Shown here piece by piece: positions 34,372-46,517 of a DNA stretch of 64,000 nt (positions are counted from its first letter, which is position 1; every line of letters begins with the position of its first letter). Location: the NCBI GenBank assembly GCA_027078545.1, contig JALWXN010000004.1:96001-160000 (forward strand), read 5' to 3'. The notes under the pieces were generated by a model that was given only the letters and a program-made list of their open reading frames with translations, searched no databases and had not been told where the DNA came from. The position numbers and the translations under genes were made by a program. Source of the stretch: Nitrososphaeria archaeon. GTDB taxonomy: Archaea > Thermoproteota > Nitrososphaeria > Geothermarchaeales > JDFR-13.

Positions 34372-35010
34372 ATGGATGGTTCAAAAAGAGGGGGATACAT
34401 ACTAGACATAAAGACCTTGGTGAACAACTACCTACCCAATGTCATACCCATAAGCACCGGGATCCCACAGCTAGACGATGTCCTAGAAGGGGGCTTCAAA
34501 CCATATAGCAAATACATGCTTTATGGGGAGGCCGGCACATGGAAGACCAGGATCTCACTGAGACTGGTAGAGAATGCACCTAGAGACTCCTCCCCAGTAA
34601 TCATCTCATGTAAACATGGAGCCTTACCCACCATCAACGGAGAAAAGAGATTCCTCCACATGGACAGAGTCGAGGAGATAAACACATACCTGGAGAGGCT
34701 CCTAGCACTACCACCCAACAAGCCCAGGATCATCATTATAGACGATCTAGACCACGCGGGATACAGCAACATTAGCGAGATATACGACATGCTTACCCTG
34801 CTCAACAAGATCATCTATAGGGATCAGGGCCTCTTAATAGTCACATCTGGAGTCTCACAGCAGCCTGGAAACACAAAGACTCTGAAACCAAGACTACCCA
34901 GAATAGTGCAGGTGTCGATGGATGTACACATATTCCTCTCAAGGGAGGCTGATAACAGGATAAGGATATACAACATGTCTATAGGCAAGTCCGCGATAAT
35001 CAATATATAG
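34372..35010 (+). CDS. RecA/RadB-superfamily ATPase (divergent)
   Basis: ISTGIPQLDDVLEGG, GEAGTWKT Walker A, IIIDD Walker B. Confidence 0.75.
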   Translation: MDGSKRGGYILDIKTLVNNYLPNVIPISTGIPQLDDVLEGGFKPYSKYMLYGEAGTWKTRISLRLVENAPRDSSPVIISCKHGALPTINGEKRFLHMDRVEEINTYLERLLALPPNKPRIIIIDDLDHAGYSNISEIYDMLTLLNKIIYRDQGLLIVTSGVSQQPGNTKTLKPRLPRIVQVSMDVHIFLSREADNRIRIYNMSIGKSAIINI

Positions 35011-35021
35011 ATAAGCTTCGG

Positions 35022-35429
35022 GTGGAAAGCGTGGAGGAAGGCGAGCAACAAGACAGGAAGATGACGCTGATGGATGCAAAGAAGATTTTCTATAAGATCC
35101 TTGACAACCCCAACGAGAAGAAGCAACTTCTAAACACTCTAACCACCATCAAGACTAAGAACAAGGTCCTCAAGGGATACATCTTCGGAGTAATGAATAT
35201 TGTAAACGCTAAAAGGAGGAGATACTCGTACTACGGAGAGGACGACAAGACAAATAAAAAGCTTCTACGCCTAGTCTCCAAGATGGGGGATAATAGATTC
35301 CTCCCCGACTACGACAAGGGGATATTCCTAGCATGGAAGGATTACCTGATATATAGAATTAGAAAATCCTCCGGGTCAATAGATAACAAGAATGTTGTAA
35401 ACAACGGCCCAGACAAAGAGCCAGAGTAA
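35022..35429 (+). CDS. Hypothetical protein
   Basis: 135 aa ORF with coding-like composition; YDKGIFLAWKDY. Confidence 0.55.
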   Translation: MESVEEGEQQDRKMTLMDAKKIFYKILDNPNEKKQLLNTLTTIKTKNKVLKGYIFGVMNIVNAKRRRYSYYGEDDKTNKKLLRLVSKMGDNRFLPDYDKGIFLAWKDYLIYRIRKSSGSIDNKNVVNNGPDKEPE

Positions 35430-35651
35430 TATAAAGGTGCCTATCCCCTCCAGGAAAATAGTCTTCAAACTTAGGATACCCCTAGAGACAGTATATCGAT
35501 AAACAACCATAATAGTGAATAGATAGACCATACCCATAACAATGATTGCCAAACCCAGAGTAGGAAGGCTCCATTTCATCAAACCTGATACAAGACCACC
35601 TAAAACGGCCAACAAGGCTCTGAGGAGATATATCTTTAACTGTGCATCCAT
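35376..35651 (-). CDS. Three-TM protein, EMC6-like
   Basis: Three hydrophobic helices ending GIGTFILLWLFVWAVVYN; start moved to MDAQLK. Confidence 0.55.
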   Translation of the reverse strand: MDAQLKIYLLRALLAVLGGLVSGLMKWSLPTLGLAIIVMGMVYLFTIMVVYRYTVSRGILSLKTIFLEGIGTFILLWLFVWAVVYNILVIY

Positions 35652-35712
35652 AACTCTCACACTATCAAATATTTCCAAGACTCCCAACGTAAATAAGGGG
35701 TGGGGATGAGGA

Positions 35713-37524
35713 ATGGCCCAATACATACTCACTACCGGCGCCTTGAAAAAGATACTATACCTAACCACTGGAAGGCATGAGAAGATAAGATTTAAGAGGC
35801 TCTCCCCATACGGGAGTGGCTATATAATGAAGCTCCACACAGACGCGGGAACTAAAGAGATATATATAGATCTCAACGAGAAGCTGTACCTACCTTTCAA
35901 CTTCAAAACGGATGAATTAGGCGACGATCATCTCACCAGACTCATAAACTCTCGATATAGGAATGTATCAGTCGAGATTAGCCAGATAGGATGGGAAAGA
36001 GTAGTAGATGTAGCGTTCCCCGACGGATCCTCCATAATTATCGAACTGTTCTCTGGGGGAAACCTCATCTACATGGATAGCGACAAGACCATTCTAGCGG
36101 CATACAGAGAATTTGAGACGAAGAAAAGAGCTGTAAAACGAGGACTCAAATATGTTCTACACACTATCGATCTAGACCAGCTCCTAGCCGAGGATAGGGA
36201 GTATAGAAAGAAAGAACTCTTCAGAATACTCCCACTCGACCCTATGACGATAGAGGAATGGTTCCCCGAGGATAGTTGGAGACCCAGGGACATCATCGAA
36301 AAAATTAGAGAGATCCAGTCAGCCATAGAAGACTCTTTTGGAGACGAAACGATATACATCTACCGCTACAAGGAAAAACTATATATACAACCAACTCGTT
36401 ACACGGTGGGGGACCTGGAGGATCAAGGACCGCTACACCAGGTATCAGAGAGGATACTCAGTAACATCCTATTAGGCAGGGATAGGGAGAAGACACTCGA
36501 TAACGAGATCTCCAAGCTACGGAACAGGATACTCCAGCTACATAGACAGAGAGAAGTGATGAAGAAGGCTCTTGACGATATATACCTATACATACCCCAG
36601 CTCGAAACCGTCCTAACAGCCATAAGAAGTGGGGGAGAACATAGCAATGGAGAGATAGGTCCATTCAGAGTAGGTAGGATAGATAGGAAGGAGAAGACGT
36701 TGACACTCCGGCTCGACGATGTCGAGATACCACTGAGATACGACCTCAACATATATGCCAGTATATCCCAAGCATACGACACACTCAAGAGGATAGACGA
36801 AGGTATTAAGAATCTTGAGAAGAAGCTGGGAGAACTTGAGACTAAGGCTAAAAAGATAGAGAAGCCCACCCTTGAGAAGAAGATCAGGCTGAGAAGGAAG
36901 TGGTTCGAAAAGTTCATATGGAGCTATACGAGGAAGGGAAGACTCATTGTGGCGGGAAGGGACGCGACAACAAATGAAATACTTGTGAAGAAACATACGA
37001 CCAGTGGTGATCTCGTCTTCCACGCAGAGATACATGGTAGCCCCTTCACCATTCTAAAGGGTGGGGAGGGGGCGGATGAGGAGGAGCTGATTGATGCAGC
37101 CACCATTACAGCTTCATATAGCAACGCGTGGAAACATGGATTATCCTACGTCCCAGTCTACTATGTAAAGCCGGAGCAGGTGAGTAAGGAGGCGCCTAGC
37201 GGACAGTATCTCAAGAAGGGTAGTTTCATGATATATGGTGAGAAGAATTATGTTAAGGACCATAGTATCTCACTATACATCACCCTCATAGAGCTTGAAG
37301 GAGAGCCTAGGATATTCATCGGGACTAGAGAAGCCATTATAAACATGGGTAGAAAACCCGACTTCTATCTATATCCAGGTAGGCTGGGGAGGGGCGACGC
37401 CGCCAAGAAAATAGTTGAACACTACGTATCACAGGGATTAATACCAAGGGAGTATGGAGAGCCCCTGTATAATGACCTGGTTAATAGGCTACCGCCTGGG
37501 AAGACGGGTGTTAAGAGGCTTTAA
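35713..37524 (+). CDS. rqcH: NEMF/Rqc2-family ribosome quality-control protein
   Basis: IIELFSGGN, WFEKFIW, GRDATTNE, FHAEIHGSP, QVSKEAPSGQYL..GSFMI. Confidence 0.9.
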   Translation: MAQYILTTGALKKILYLTTGRHEKIRFKRLSPYGSGYIMKLHTDAGTKEIYIDLNEKLYLPFNFKTDELGDDHLTRLINSRYRNVSVEISQIGWERVVDVAFPDGSSIIIELFSGGNLIYMDSDKTILAAYREFETKKRAVKRGLKYVLHTIDLDQLLAEDREYRKKELFRILPLDPMTIEEWFPEDSWRPRDIIEKIREIQSAIEDSFGDETIYIYRYKEKLYIQPTRYTVGDLEDQGPLHQVSERILSNILLGRDREKTLDNEISKLRNRILQLHRQREVMKKALDDIYLYIPQLETVLTAIRSGGEHSNGEIGPFRVGRIDRKEKTLTLRLDDVEIPLRYDLNIYASISQAYDTLKRIDEGIKNLEKKLGELETKAKKIEKPTLEKKIRLRRKWFEKFIWSYTRKGRLIVAGRDATTNEILVKKHTTSGDLVFHAEIHGSPFTILKGGEGADEEELIDAATITASYSNAWKHGLSYVPVYYVKPEQVSKEAPSGQYLKKGSFMIYGEKNYVKDHSISLYITLIELEGEPRIFIGTREAIINMGRKPDFYLYPGRLGRGDAAKKIVEHYVSQGLIPREYGEPLYNDLVNRLPPGKTGVKRL

Positions 37525-38534
37525 ACGAGGCCTAGTTCGCTCCTACGATCTATAGTGGCATGGGTATCCGGCCCTGTGGATATTATGGTTACTGGTATCT
37601 TACCAATACTCTCTATCTCCTCGATGAATCTCTTCGCCTCAGGGGATAGTTCTTCATAACTTGTCTTGTTGGCATCCTGTGGGAATAGTATATCCAGCTT
37701 AGTCAGCGCTATCTGGGTAGGACTGTTAAGCAATATGGCCCTCTTCAGATAGTTGAAGTTGAATGGTGCGGCCCTCCTAATTCTACCAGTCACTGTAGCC
37801 ACTTCTAGGAACCCCCTCTCTCTAGCCTCCTCCATACTCATCTCGCCTTCTAGGGGGCCTTCCCCAACCCTGGTGACGTAGGACTTAACCACTAGAACAA
37901 CGTCATCCACCTTCTTTGGACCCACACCTACATCTGAACATATTGCGGAGGCTGTCACGTCTTTAGACGTGACATAGGGATATGTACCATGATAGAGGGA
38001 GAGGAAGGTGCCCTGAGTACCCTCCAAAACGACGTTTTCACCCCTATCTAGAGCCTCGTTAACCTCACCAGCAACATCGGCCAAAAGAGGCTTTAATTCC
38101 TCTATATCCCTCGCCACCTTTAGTTTCCTGAGTACTCTATCACTCATGGCTGCTCCGCTTCCAGAGGCTGTGGAGCCTAGACCCCTTAGATGAGAAGACT
38201 CGCGCTCCATCTGGATATGCCTATCCTCAATGATGCCCGTCTGATGATCAAGGAAGACCCTTCCTTCAGACCTAGTAAGTTTAATCTCGTCGAAGAGGAG
38301 AGGCGGATACACCAGTACTCCAGCGCCAATCATTAATTTCGTCGATGGATTCACGAATCCACTAGGTATCTGCCTCAACTTATACTCCCTCCCCTGATAC
38401 ACCACGGTATGTCCAGCGTTAGGCCCTACACCACCCCTCGCAACTATGATGGGAGCGTCTTTTATGGCTAGGTACGACACTATCTTACCCTTCCCAGTAT
38501 CACCGAAGAACCCGTCGACCACGACCGTCAGCAT
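37521..38534 (-). CDS. purA: Adenylosuccinate synthetase
   Basis: FGDTGKGK, GPNAGHT, EGTQG, YPYVTS, TRVGEGP, TVTGR. Confidence 0.96.
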   Translation of the reverse strand: MLTVVVDGFFGDTGKGKIVSYLAIKDAPIIVARGGVGPNAGHTVVYQGREYKLRQIPSGFVNPSTKLMIGAGVLVYPPLLFDEIKLTRSEGRVFLDHQTGIIEDRHIQMERESSHLRGLGSTASGSGAAMSDRVLRKLKVARDIEELKPLLADVAGEVNEALDRGENVVLEGTQGTFLSLYHGTYPYVTSKDVTASAICSDVGVGPKKVDDVVLVVKSYVTRVGEGPLEGEMSMEEARERGFLEVATVTGRIRRAAPFNFNYLKRAILLNSPTQIALTKLDILFPQDANKTSYEELSPEAKRFIEEIESIGKIPVTIISTGPDTHATIDRRSELGLV

Positions 38535-38615
38535 GGCCCTACACCACTGATATACCAGCCAACCTATTGATACTTAGGATAGCCATATGAATCTTGAATA
38601 ACCTCTCCCTAGGGA

Positions 38616-39599
38616 GTGGTATCGATAATGAAGTATGGAAAGATATCCAGCGATGAGATAGAGCGGTATATCAAGCCACACACTGGATATGATACTGGAG
38701 ACCTTGTACTGGGCCCCCATCCAGGAATCGACGCAGGGGTGGTGAAGCTGGGGACTAGATTCCTAGCAGCGTCTATCGACCCAATAACAGCCACCTCAAA
38801 CATGATTGGAGAGTGGTGCGTCTACGTAACAACCAATGACGTCTTTGTGACCGGTCTTGAACCCAGATGGTTCCTACTAACCCTTATACTACCTCATGAA
38901 ACATCGAATGAGGATCTTAACAGGATCATGGCGGGTGTAGATAAGGCGTTAAAACGTGTCGGATCCTCTCTTATAGGGGGTCATACAGAGTGGACACCAG
39001 GTATCCAAAGCCCACTGGCAATAGGCACATCTATAGGCATCGGAGATACCGTGTTGAACCCGCGAGACGCTAAGCCGGGGGACAAGCTCATTCTCTTTGG
39101 AGACCCGGGTCTAGAGGGGGCATATATAATATACCTGGAGAAACCCGAGGTGAAGAAGATTCTAGATAGAGATGAGGAGGAGTATATAGCTAGAACCCCT
39201 GAGAAGATATCGGTTGTAGATACTGTCAGACGCCTAAGGAGATACATAGGCTCGACAATCGTATACATGCATGACCCAACGGAGGGAGGTATTCTAAACG
39301 GCTCATATGAAATATCTTTGTCCACAGGCTACTCAGTCAACATACATAGCGAGAGCCTATCCACACACCCAGCGATAATCAAGATTGCCCAACAGTTTAG
39401 GCTAAACCCCTATAAACTCCTCTCGTCCGGATCACTAATCGCTGTGGCTAGGGATCTAGACGAGAAGAAGGCCGAGGATCTAGGTGGAAGAATAATCGGG
39501 GAGATCCTGGAGGCTAGGGGCCCAGCCCTACTTATCGATGGTAAGGAGGTAGATACACTCAATATTGAGAAGGACGATGTATGGAGAGTCGTGGGCTAG
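38616..39599 (+). CDS. AIR synthase-related (HypE/PurM-like) protein
   Basis: GIDAG, DPIT, GGHTE, MHDPTEGG, SSGSL. Confidence 0.85.
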   Translation: MVSIMKYGKISSDEIERYIKPHTGYDTGDLVLGPHPGIDAGVVKLGTRFLAASIDPITATSNMIGEWCVYVTTNDVFVTGLEPRWFLLTLILPHETSNEDLNRIMAGVDKALKRVGSSLIGGHTEWTPGIQSPLAIGTSIGIGDTVLNPRDAKPGDKLILFGDPGLEGAYIIYLEKPEVKKILDRDEEEYIARTPEKISVVDTVRRLRRYIGSTIVYMHDPTEGGILNGSYEISLSTGYSVNIHSESLSTHPAIIKIAQQFRLNPYKLLSSGSLIAVARDLDEKKAEDLGGRIIGEILEARGPALLIDGKEVDTLNIEKDDVWRVVG

Positions 39600-40399
39600 G
39601 CTCCGAATCGTCTAGACCTGGTCTGATAAGTACGTATAGCCCTTAGGAAGTCTATCTTACGGAACTCAGGCCACGATACGTCTATGAAAACCAGCTCACT
39701 ATACGCCATCTGCCAAAGCAAGAAGTTACTTATCCTCATCTCACCACCAGTACGTAGGACAAGGTCTAGATCCTGGGAATCCTTCAGATAACTCGTTGAT
39801 AAATAGTTTTGGAAAACCTCCTGAGTTATATCTTCAGGCCTGATCCTACCCTCACAGACCTCATATGCTAGCCTCCTAGCAGCATTTACAATATCCCATT
39901 TCCCCCCATATACCAGCGCCACGTTTAGCGAAAAGCCATCACTATTGGAGAACCTGTTTTCAACACTGTTTATCAAGCCGATCAGATCCTTGTCCAGCCT
40001 AGATATGTCACCTATAAACTTTATCCTAACCCCCTCTTCAGGAGGATCTCTAAGAAGCCTCTCCAAATACTCCCTTAAAAGATTCATTATTATGGAGAGC
40101 TCCTCATAACTCCTATTCTCATAGTTCTCCGTGGAGAGGACAAATATGGTTAGGTGTTTAATACCCAGTTCACGGCACCACCTAATTACATCCTCCACCT
40201 TCTTAGCACCTATTCTATACGCCTTCTCATAGGTGAGGCCATATTGCCTCGCCCACCTACGGTTTCCATCAAGTATTATACCTACATGCCTAGGTAGCAC
40301 ACCCCCCTGTCTAACGTGTTTCTCCAACATCTTCTCATAGATCTTGTATACACCAATCTTCTCCAGCAATGGACGTATAGCTCTATAGATGCTGGGCAA
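39596..40399 (-). CDS. uppS: cis-prenyltransferase (polyprenyl diphosphate synthase)
   Basis: HVGIILDGNRRWA, STEN, RTGGEMRISNFLLWQ, RRFG. Confidence 0.95.
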   Translation of the reverse strand: MPSIYRAIRPLLEKIGVYKIYEKMLEKHVRQGGVLPRHVGIILDGNRRWARQYGLTYEKAYRIGAKKVEDVIRWCRELGIKHLTIFVLSTENYENRSYEELSIIMNLLREYLERLLRDPPEEGVRIKFIGDISRLDKDLIGLINSVENRFSNSDGFSLNVALVYGGKWDIVNAARRLAYEVCEGRIRPEDITQEVFQNYLSTSYLKDSQDLDLVLRTGGEMRISNFLLWQMAYSELVFIDVSWPEFRKIDFLRAIRTYQTRSRRFGA

Positions 40400-40401
40400 T
40401 T

Positions 40402-41505
40402 CTACCGCCTCATCCTTGATAGAGCATACATCACAGCACTTGTAATGAATATTGCTAGGAATCCAAACATTACTGATAGGAAGAGGCCTGACAACCCCTT
40501 CTCCGGTGATATAAGGATCTGGCCCACCTCGTTGCCCAGGAAGTAGAACACTATGATTGACACGAAGGCCACTGGATATTTGTATAGGGGGGAATAGTTC
40601 TCAGTAAGTACGTTGTAGAGTGAGAAGCCCAGTATCAGGAAGAGCCCAACCGTAAGTATGGTGAAGGAGATGTAGGGCAGCATATGGCCTATCAATGATC
40701 CGCCTACCTCGAAGATCATGCTCGGGTTATTTAGAACAAGCTGGAACTCCTCCAACTTGCTGATATTGGTATATGCCAGGTATATCCCAGAGAGTAGTGC
40801 GGAGAATGAGCCTAGATAGGTGACCAGCTTTACATATTCGTAGAAGTGGGCATGCCTCAGAGAAGCTATATACTCGTCAATACCCATCCCCTTAACTATC
40901 AAGGCAATACCGACTATGATCAAGCTATATACCATTGCAACCTCCGTCAGTTTGAGCCATGATAGTATCCCGAATAGCAGCATCAGTATCCCAGGAATCC
41001 CTATGAAGTACTGCTTATATGGGGACTCGGTCCAGAGCATCTTTATATACCTACCGATCACCGCGTATGTCTCTTCTATCGACTTGCTATGCTTAACAAC
41101 CACTCTATGGAGAGATGCTATAGGCCTTCTTGACGAGACTATACTTACAATCTCCTCCTCCGAGAACCCATCGGTAACCAGTATCACATAATCCGCTGGG
41201 AACCTTTCTAGAACCGTGTCTAGCTCCTCATTTATCTTAAGATCGGCCTCCACGCCACCCTTCTCACTACCAGCTATTACGGCCACCTCTATCTCCGGAT
41301 ACTTCTCCCTAAGCTGGTTATAGACCTTCAAGGCACCAAACATCGCGTTTCCATCCGCCTCCTCAGGATCCACGAGGAGGAGTTTAGTGGCAGCGTCGAG
41401 AACAGCTTTATATCCTACTATAGGTGTCTTTACACCGGCCTTGACACCTATATCATTGTCTCTATCTACGTTTAGAACTAGGATCTTCTTATTCTCCTCA
41501 CCCAT
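40402..41505 (-). CDS. DUF373 family membrane protein
   Basis: VDRDNDIG, DPEEADGN, DG..EE, C-terminal TM helices. Confidence 0.85.
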   Translation of the reverse strand: MGEENKKILVLNVDRDNDIGVKAGVKTPIVGYKAVLDAATKLLLVDPEEADGNAMFGALKVYNQLREKYPEIEVAVIAGSEKGGVEADLKINEELDTVLERFPADYVILVTDGFSEEEIVSIVSSRRPIASLHRVVVKHSKSIEETYAVIGRYIKMLWTESPYKQYFIGIPGILMLLFGILSWLKLTEVAMVYSLIIVGIALIVKGMGIDEYIASLRHAHFYEYVKLVTYLGSFSALLSGIYLAYTNISKLEEFQLVLNNPSMIFEVGGSLIGHMLPYISFTILTVGLFLILGFSLYNVLTENYSPLYKYPVAFVSIIVFYFLGNEVGQILISPEKGLSGLFLSVMFGFLAIFITSAVMYALSRMRR

Positions 41506-41558
41506 ATCCCTCAGAAATTTTTTCTATAGAGGTAGTATATGATGGGCTAGCTACTAGG

Positions 41559-42440
41559 CTATATCAGTCCATTCTCCACCAGGACGGAGAACTCCTCGAA
41601 GCTTAGACGTTCACCACGCTCCAGCTTCTTCATAGCGCGTTCAAGTAGCTCGGACCTGCTCAGCACGATCTTCTTAACCTGTTCATAGCTCAAGCCATGA
41701 TACTTCCTTATCCCGAATCTGGCCAGCAACTCTCTCTTCCTCTCCTGGAGATACTTCATCTCACTGGAGATCTTGTCCAGCTGCTTGGATAGCTCAGCGA
41801 TCTCCGCCTCGACCTCCTGCTTGGACTTCTGCAGTTTACTCGCCTGCTCCTTCAATATAGCCTCTTCCTCCTTGAGCTTGTCCAACTTCTGTCTCAGCTC
41901 GTCAAGCTGGGCCCTATACTTGTCTAGGTCATACTCATCAATCTTCCTCCTAACCTCGTCGATCTCTGTCTTCGCGTTTACATAGTCCTCGTATGCCTTG
42001 AGATAGGCTGACAACTCCTTTATCTGCTCAACCAGTCTACGCTCCCTACGGATGCTGAGATTACTAGTCTCATATAGCTCCTCCAGTCTCTCGAGCTCCT
42101 GCCGCAGCTTCTCAGGAGGCTTAGGCAGTCTAGGCCGGTTCCTAAGGATGTTTCTCAGCTCCCTCAGCCTGTTAATAAGCTTCCTCCTCTCCTCTCTAAC
42201 CAGTCTAAACTCCTCCCTCAGCATCCGATATTCCTGTCTCAACTCCTTCTGCTTGTTTACATTGCTTACTATTTCGTCGATCTTGGCGTTAAGCTCCTCT
42301 ATTATACGTCTCCTCTCTGATCGGAGCTGCTTCAGCCTGTCTCTAAGCCTCCTAAACTCGGATTCTATAGGCTCAAGCTTCTGATAGATCTCCCCAAGCT
42401 CTTTAAGCACTTCCTGGACGTTGACAGCCTCCTCCGACAT
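41559..42440 (-). CDS. Archaeal coiled-coil protein
   Basis: Continuous heptads, LEELYETSNLS..RERRLVEQI, C-terminal GERLSFEEF. Confidence 0.8.
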   Translation of the reverse strand: MSEEAVNVQEVLKELGEIYQKLEPIESEFRRLRDRLKQLRSERRRIIEELNAKIDEIVSNVNKQKELRQEYRMLREEFRLVREERRKLINRLRELRNILRNRPRLPKPPEKLRQELERLEELYETSNLSIRRERRLVEQIKELSAYLKAYEDYVNAKTEIDEVRRKIDEYDLDKYRAQLDELRQKLDKLKEEEAILKEQASKLQKSKQEVEAEIAELSKQLDKISSEMKYLQERKRELLARFGIRKYHGLSYEQVKKIVLSRSELLERAMKKLERGERLSFEEFSVLVENGLI

Positions 42441-42520
42441 CGTTTCACCGCTTCGGGATGCTTCACTGTTGATAAATGTCATCTAAAGTGTTGTCATAGT
42501 GTATATTTAAATCTGGGTAT

Positions 42521-43288
42521 TCAAACCGTATAGTACTCCTCACCACCATAGAGAACCCGGGTTATCGAGGCTATCAACTTGTCATAGTTGGTCATATAGA
42601 GGGATGAGATGGGTATGAAGTCTGTATAGACCCCATATCGCCTCATCAGGACTGTTAGCCTATATATAAAATCTGCCTCGAAACTGCCGAGGCTCTTATC
42701 AGCCTCCTCCTTTAGATACTGAGGCTTAGTAACCAGCTTCATCAGCCTCTCGACTTCGTCATCACTCAGGAGGTCGATCTTGTTGATAGCGGCTAGAAGA
42801 GGCTTGTCAAACCTAAGCCTAAGGGTCCCGCCTAGCAACATACTTGCCACTAGGTTCCTCGTCTCCCTCACGAAAACCCCGTCTACGACGTAGAGGAGGA
42901 GAATATCCTCCACATCAAGAGAGTCTAGGAGGATTTTTCCAGATGGTCTGTAGAGGAAGATCTCTAGCTGGCCAGGTGTGTCTATTATGGCTAGCCCAGT
43001 TCCGAGGGATCGTAGAACACTGTTGATCTTCTCAATATAGTTCACCATTAGATCCATAGATACTATGAGCCCTCCATTGGGTCCTAGGCCATACTCATCC
43101 ATAACTCTCCAAAGATCTACGTATTCCCTAATGTCAAAGGTGGGTTGGTAGGGCAGCTTATCTACACCAGGGTCTAGATTAAGGATATAAGCGTCTTGAT
43201 CCTCGTTTCTAAACCATTCGTAAAGCGTGTAAGCAGTCCATGTCTTCCCGGAACCTGCTACACCTACTATGATAACCGCTTTACTCAT
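42521..43288 (-). CDS. GPN-loop GTPase
   Basis: GVAGSGKT, NLDPG, LGPNGG, DTPGQLE, NKIDL. Confidence 0.93.
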   Translation of the reverse strand: MSKAVIIVGVAGSGKTWTAYTLYEWFRNEDQDAYILNLDPGVDKLPYQPTFDIREYVDLWRVMDEYGLGPNGGLIVSMDLMVNYIEKINSVLRSLGTGLAIIDTPGQLEIFLYRPSGKILLDSLDVEDILLLYVVDGVFVRETRNLVASMLLGGTLRLRFDKPLLAAINKIDLLSDDEVERLMKLVTKPQYLKEEADKSLGSFEADFIYRLTVLMRRYGVYTDFIPISSLYMTNYDKLIASITRVLYGGEEYYTV

Positions 43289-43473
43289 CTCTTCTTTCTA
43301 GTGCTCCACCACTCGAGATACTCCTCAACCAGATCCTTCTCCTCTTCAAACCTCTTGTCACGTAGGAGGTCGAGATCCCTCCTAGTCATCATTAATCCAC
43401 AGTTTCTACATACATACATCCTTACCTTTCTATCGAATTTCATCTCTCCGCCACAGTTAGGGCATTCAGGCAT
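43285..43473 (-). CDS. Small Zn-ribbon protein
   Basis: CPNCG...CRNCG, EYLEWW; overlaps the GPN GTPase start. Confidence 0.75.
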   Translation of the reverse strand: MPECPNCGGEMKFDRKVRMYVCRNCGLMMTRRDLDLLRDKRFEEEKDLVEEYLEWWSTRKKR

Positions 43474-43550
43474 CCTTACACCCCGTTTAAAATATCGTTA
43501 ATTTGAGGGGATAACTTAAAAACAGAGGCAAGTTCAATAATAATTTCTGA

Positions 43551-44957
<1,407 letters not shown>

Positions 44958-44961
44958 CCCT

Positions 44962-45354
44962 CTACTCCTCCTCTTGAAGCTCTACATACTTCTCAGGAGG
45001 TAGAAGGGTGTTCAGTTGAGAGGGGTCTTCCACCGACATCTTGAATATCCATCCCTCCCCGTAGGGATCCTCATTGACCAACTCCGGAGCATCAGACAAC
45101 TTCTCATTAACCTCTGTTATTACCCCAGTTACTGGTGCATATATCTCTGCAACAGTCTTCACAGACTCTATCTCGCAGACCTTCTCACCCTTGTTAAACT
45201 TCTTCCCAGTGGGTGGGAGCTCGACGTATACCACGTCTCCAAGCTTGCTCTGGGCATAATCCGTTATACCCACCCTAATCTCCCCGTTTATAGCCTCTAC
45301 CCATTCATGGGTCTCGGTGTACAGGAGGTTCTGGGGAACCTTGTAGCTGCTCAT
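44962..45354 (-). CDS. gcvH: Glycine cleavage H protein
   Basis: YTETHEW, GITDYAQ, IESVKT lipoyl-Lys, DPYGEGW. Confidence 0.96.
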   Translation of the reverse strand: MSSYKVPQNLLYTETHEWVEAINGEIRVGITDYAQSKLGDVVYVELPPTGKKFNKGEKVCEIESVKTVAEIYAPVTGVITEVNEKLSDAPELVNEDPYGEGWIFKMSVEDPSQLNTLLPPEKYVELQEEE

Positions 45355-45392
45355 AATAATAGTGTATATGATGCTAATAGTATTGAAGAAGT

Positions 45393-46517
45393 CTATAGAG
45401 ACTTCCTTGTAAAGCCATATCGCTCCGGATCATACAATGGAAAGCCCTTTATAACACCTTTTTTGACACGTCCCCGTACAGAGACATAGACCTCGGTCTC
45501 TTCAGACGAGTACTTGGTATCTACATAGACCATCCCTATTCCCTTTAGGAGAATTGGTGAGTATCCACCACTAGTCACGATACCAACTGCATCTCCATCA
45601 ACGTGAAGCGTATTTCCTCTACGAGGAATACTTCTATCCTCCATAACCAGGCCGGTCCTTATTCGCTTAGGCTCACCCACATTCTCTAATGCCTTCTTCC
45701 CTATGAAGTCGGTCTTATACATCTTAACAACCCATCCCAACGACGCTTCATATGGATTAGTATCCTCGTCTATATCGTTACCATATAGGCAATACCCGGC
45801 CTCCAGCCTCAAGGAGTCTCTGGCTCCAAGGCCACATGGGAGGCCTTCGTAAGAATTGATTATAGACAAAAGTGTCTTGAAGCTCCTCATCATCAACATC
45901 TTATCCTTGGTAAACATGATCATCTCAAAACCATCTTCACCTGTGTATCCCGATCTAGAGACAATGATCTGCGCCTGCCCCGTCTCTGGATCCGTCCCAT
46001 TCCAGAAGTGGAACCTCTTAAGGTTGAAGCTCGCCGAGAAATACTCTTCATAGACCATCTTAGAATAGGGACCCTGGATAGCAAACATCGACGAGTCGTC
46101 AGTAACGTCTATTATAGATATATCTCCCCATGGATCCTTCTTTAGAAGGAGCCAATCCAGGATCTTCTCACGGTTTGCGGCGTTAACGACTAGGATATAG
46201 TCATTGCTAGACAATCTGTATACGGTTATGTCGTCCTTTATCCCTCCAGACTCGTTAAGAATCAGGGAGTACTGCATCTTCCCGTCATACAACTTCTCCA
46301 CATCATTTGCCGTAACATAGTTAAGGAAGTCAGTAGCGGATTCACCACTGACACGGATCCTACCCATGTGGGAAACGTCGAATATACCTACCCTGTCTCT
46401 AACCGTTAGATGCTCCTTAACTATGGATGAGTAGTATAGTGGGAGGACATATCCCGAGAAGCTTGTAAAGGTTGCGGATAACTCCCTATGCAGAGGATCT
46501 AGGGGAGATCTCCTCAC
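45393..46517 (-). CDS. gcvT: Glycine cleavage T protein (aminomethyltransferase)
   Basis: FDVSHMG, RSGYTGEDGFE, GLGARDSLRLEAG. Confidence 0.96.
   Translation of the reverse strand: MRRSPLDPLHRELSATFTSFSGYVLPLYYSSIVKEHLTVRDRVGIFDVSHMGRIRVSGESATDFLNYVTANDVEKLYDGKMQYSLILNESGGIKDDITVYRLSSNDYILVVNAANREKILDWLLLKKDPWGDISIIDVTDDSSMFAIQGPYSKMVYEEYFSASFNLKRFHFWNGTDPETGQAQIIVSRSGYTGEDGFEMIMFTKDKMLMMRSFKTLLSIINSYEGLPCGLGARDSLRLEAGYCLYGNDIDEDTNPYEASLGWVVKMYKTDFIGKKALENVGEPKRIRTGLVMEDRSIPRRGNTLHVDGDAVGIVTSGGYSPILLKGIGMVYVDTKYSSEETEVYVSVRGRVKKGVIKGFPLYDPERYGFTRKSL

Noticed and set aside
42441-42490. Possible C/D sRNA (AGATGA...GTGA) on the minus strand
   Set aside because: No terminal stem, no C' box, no target identified
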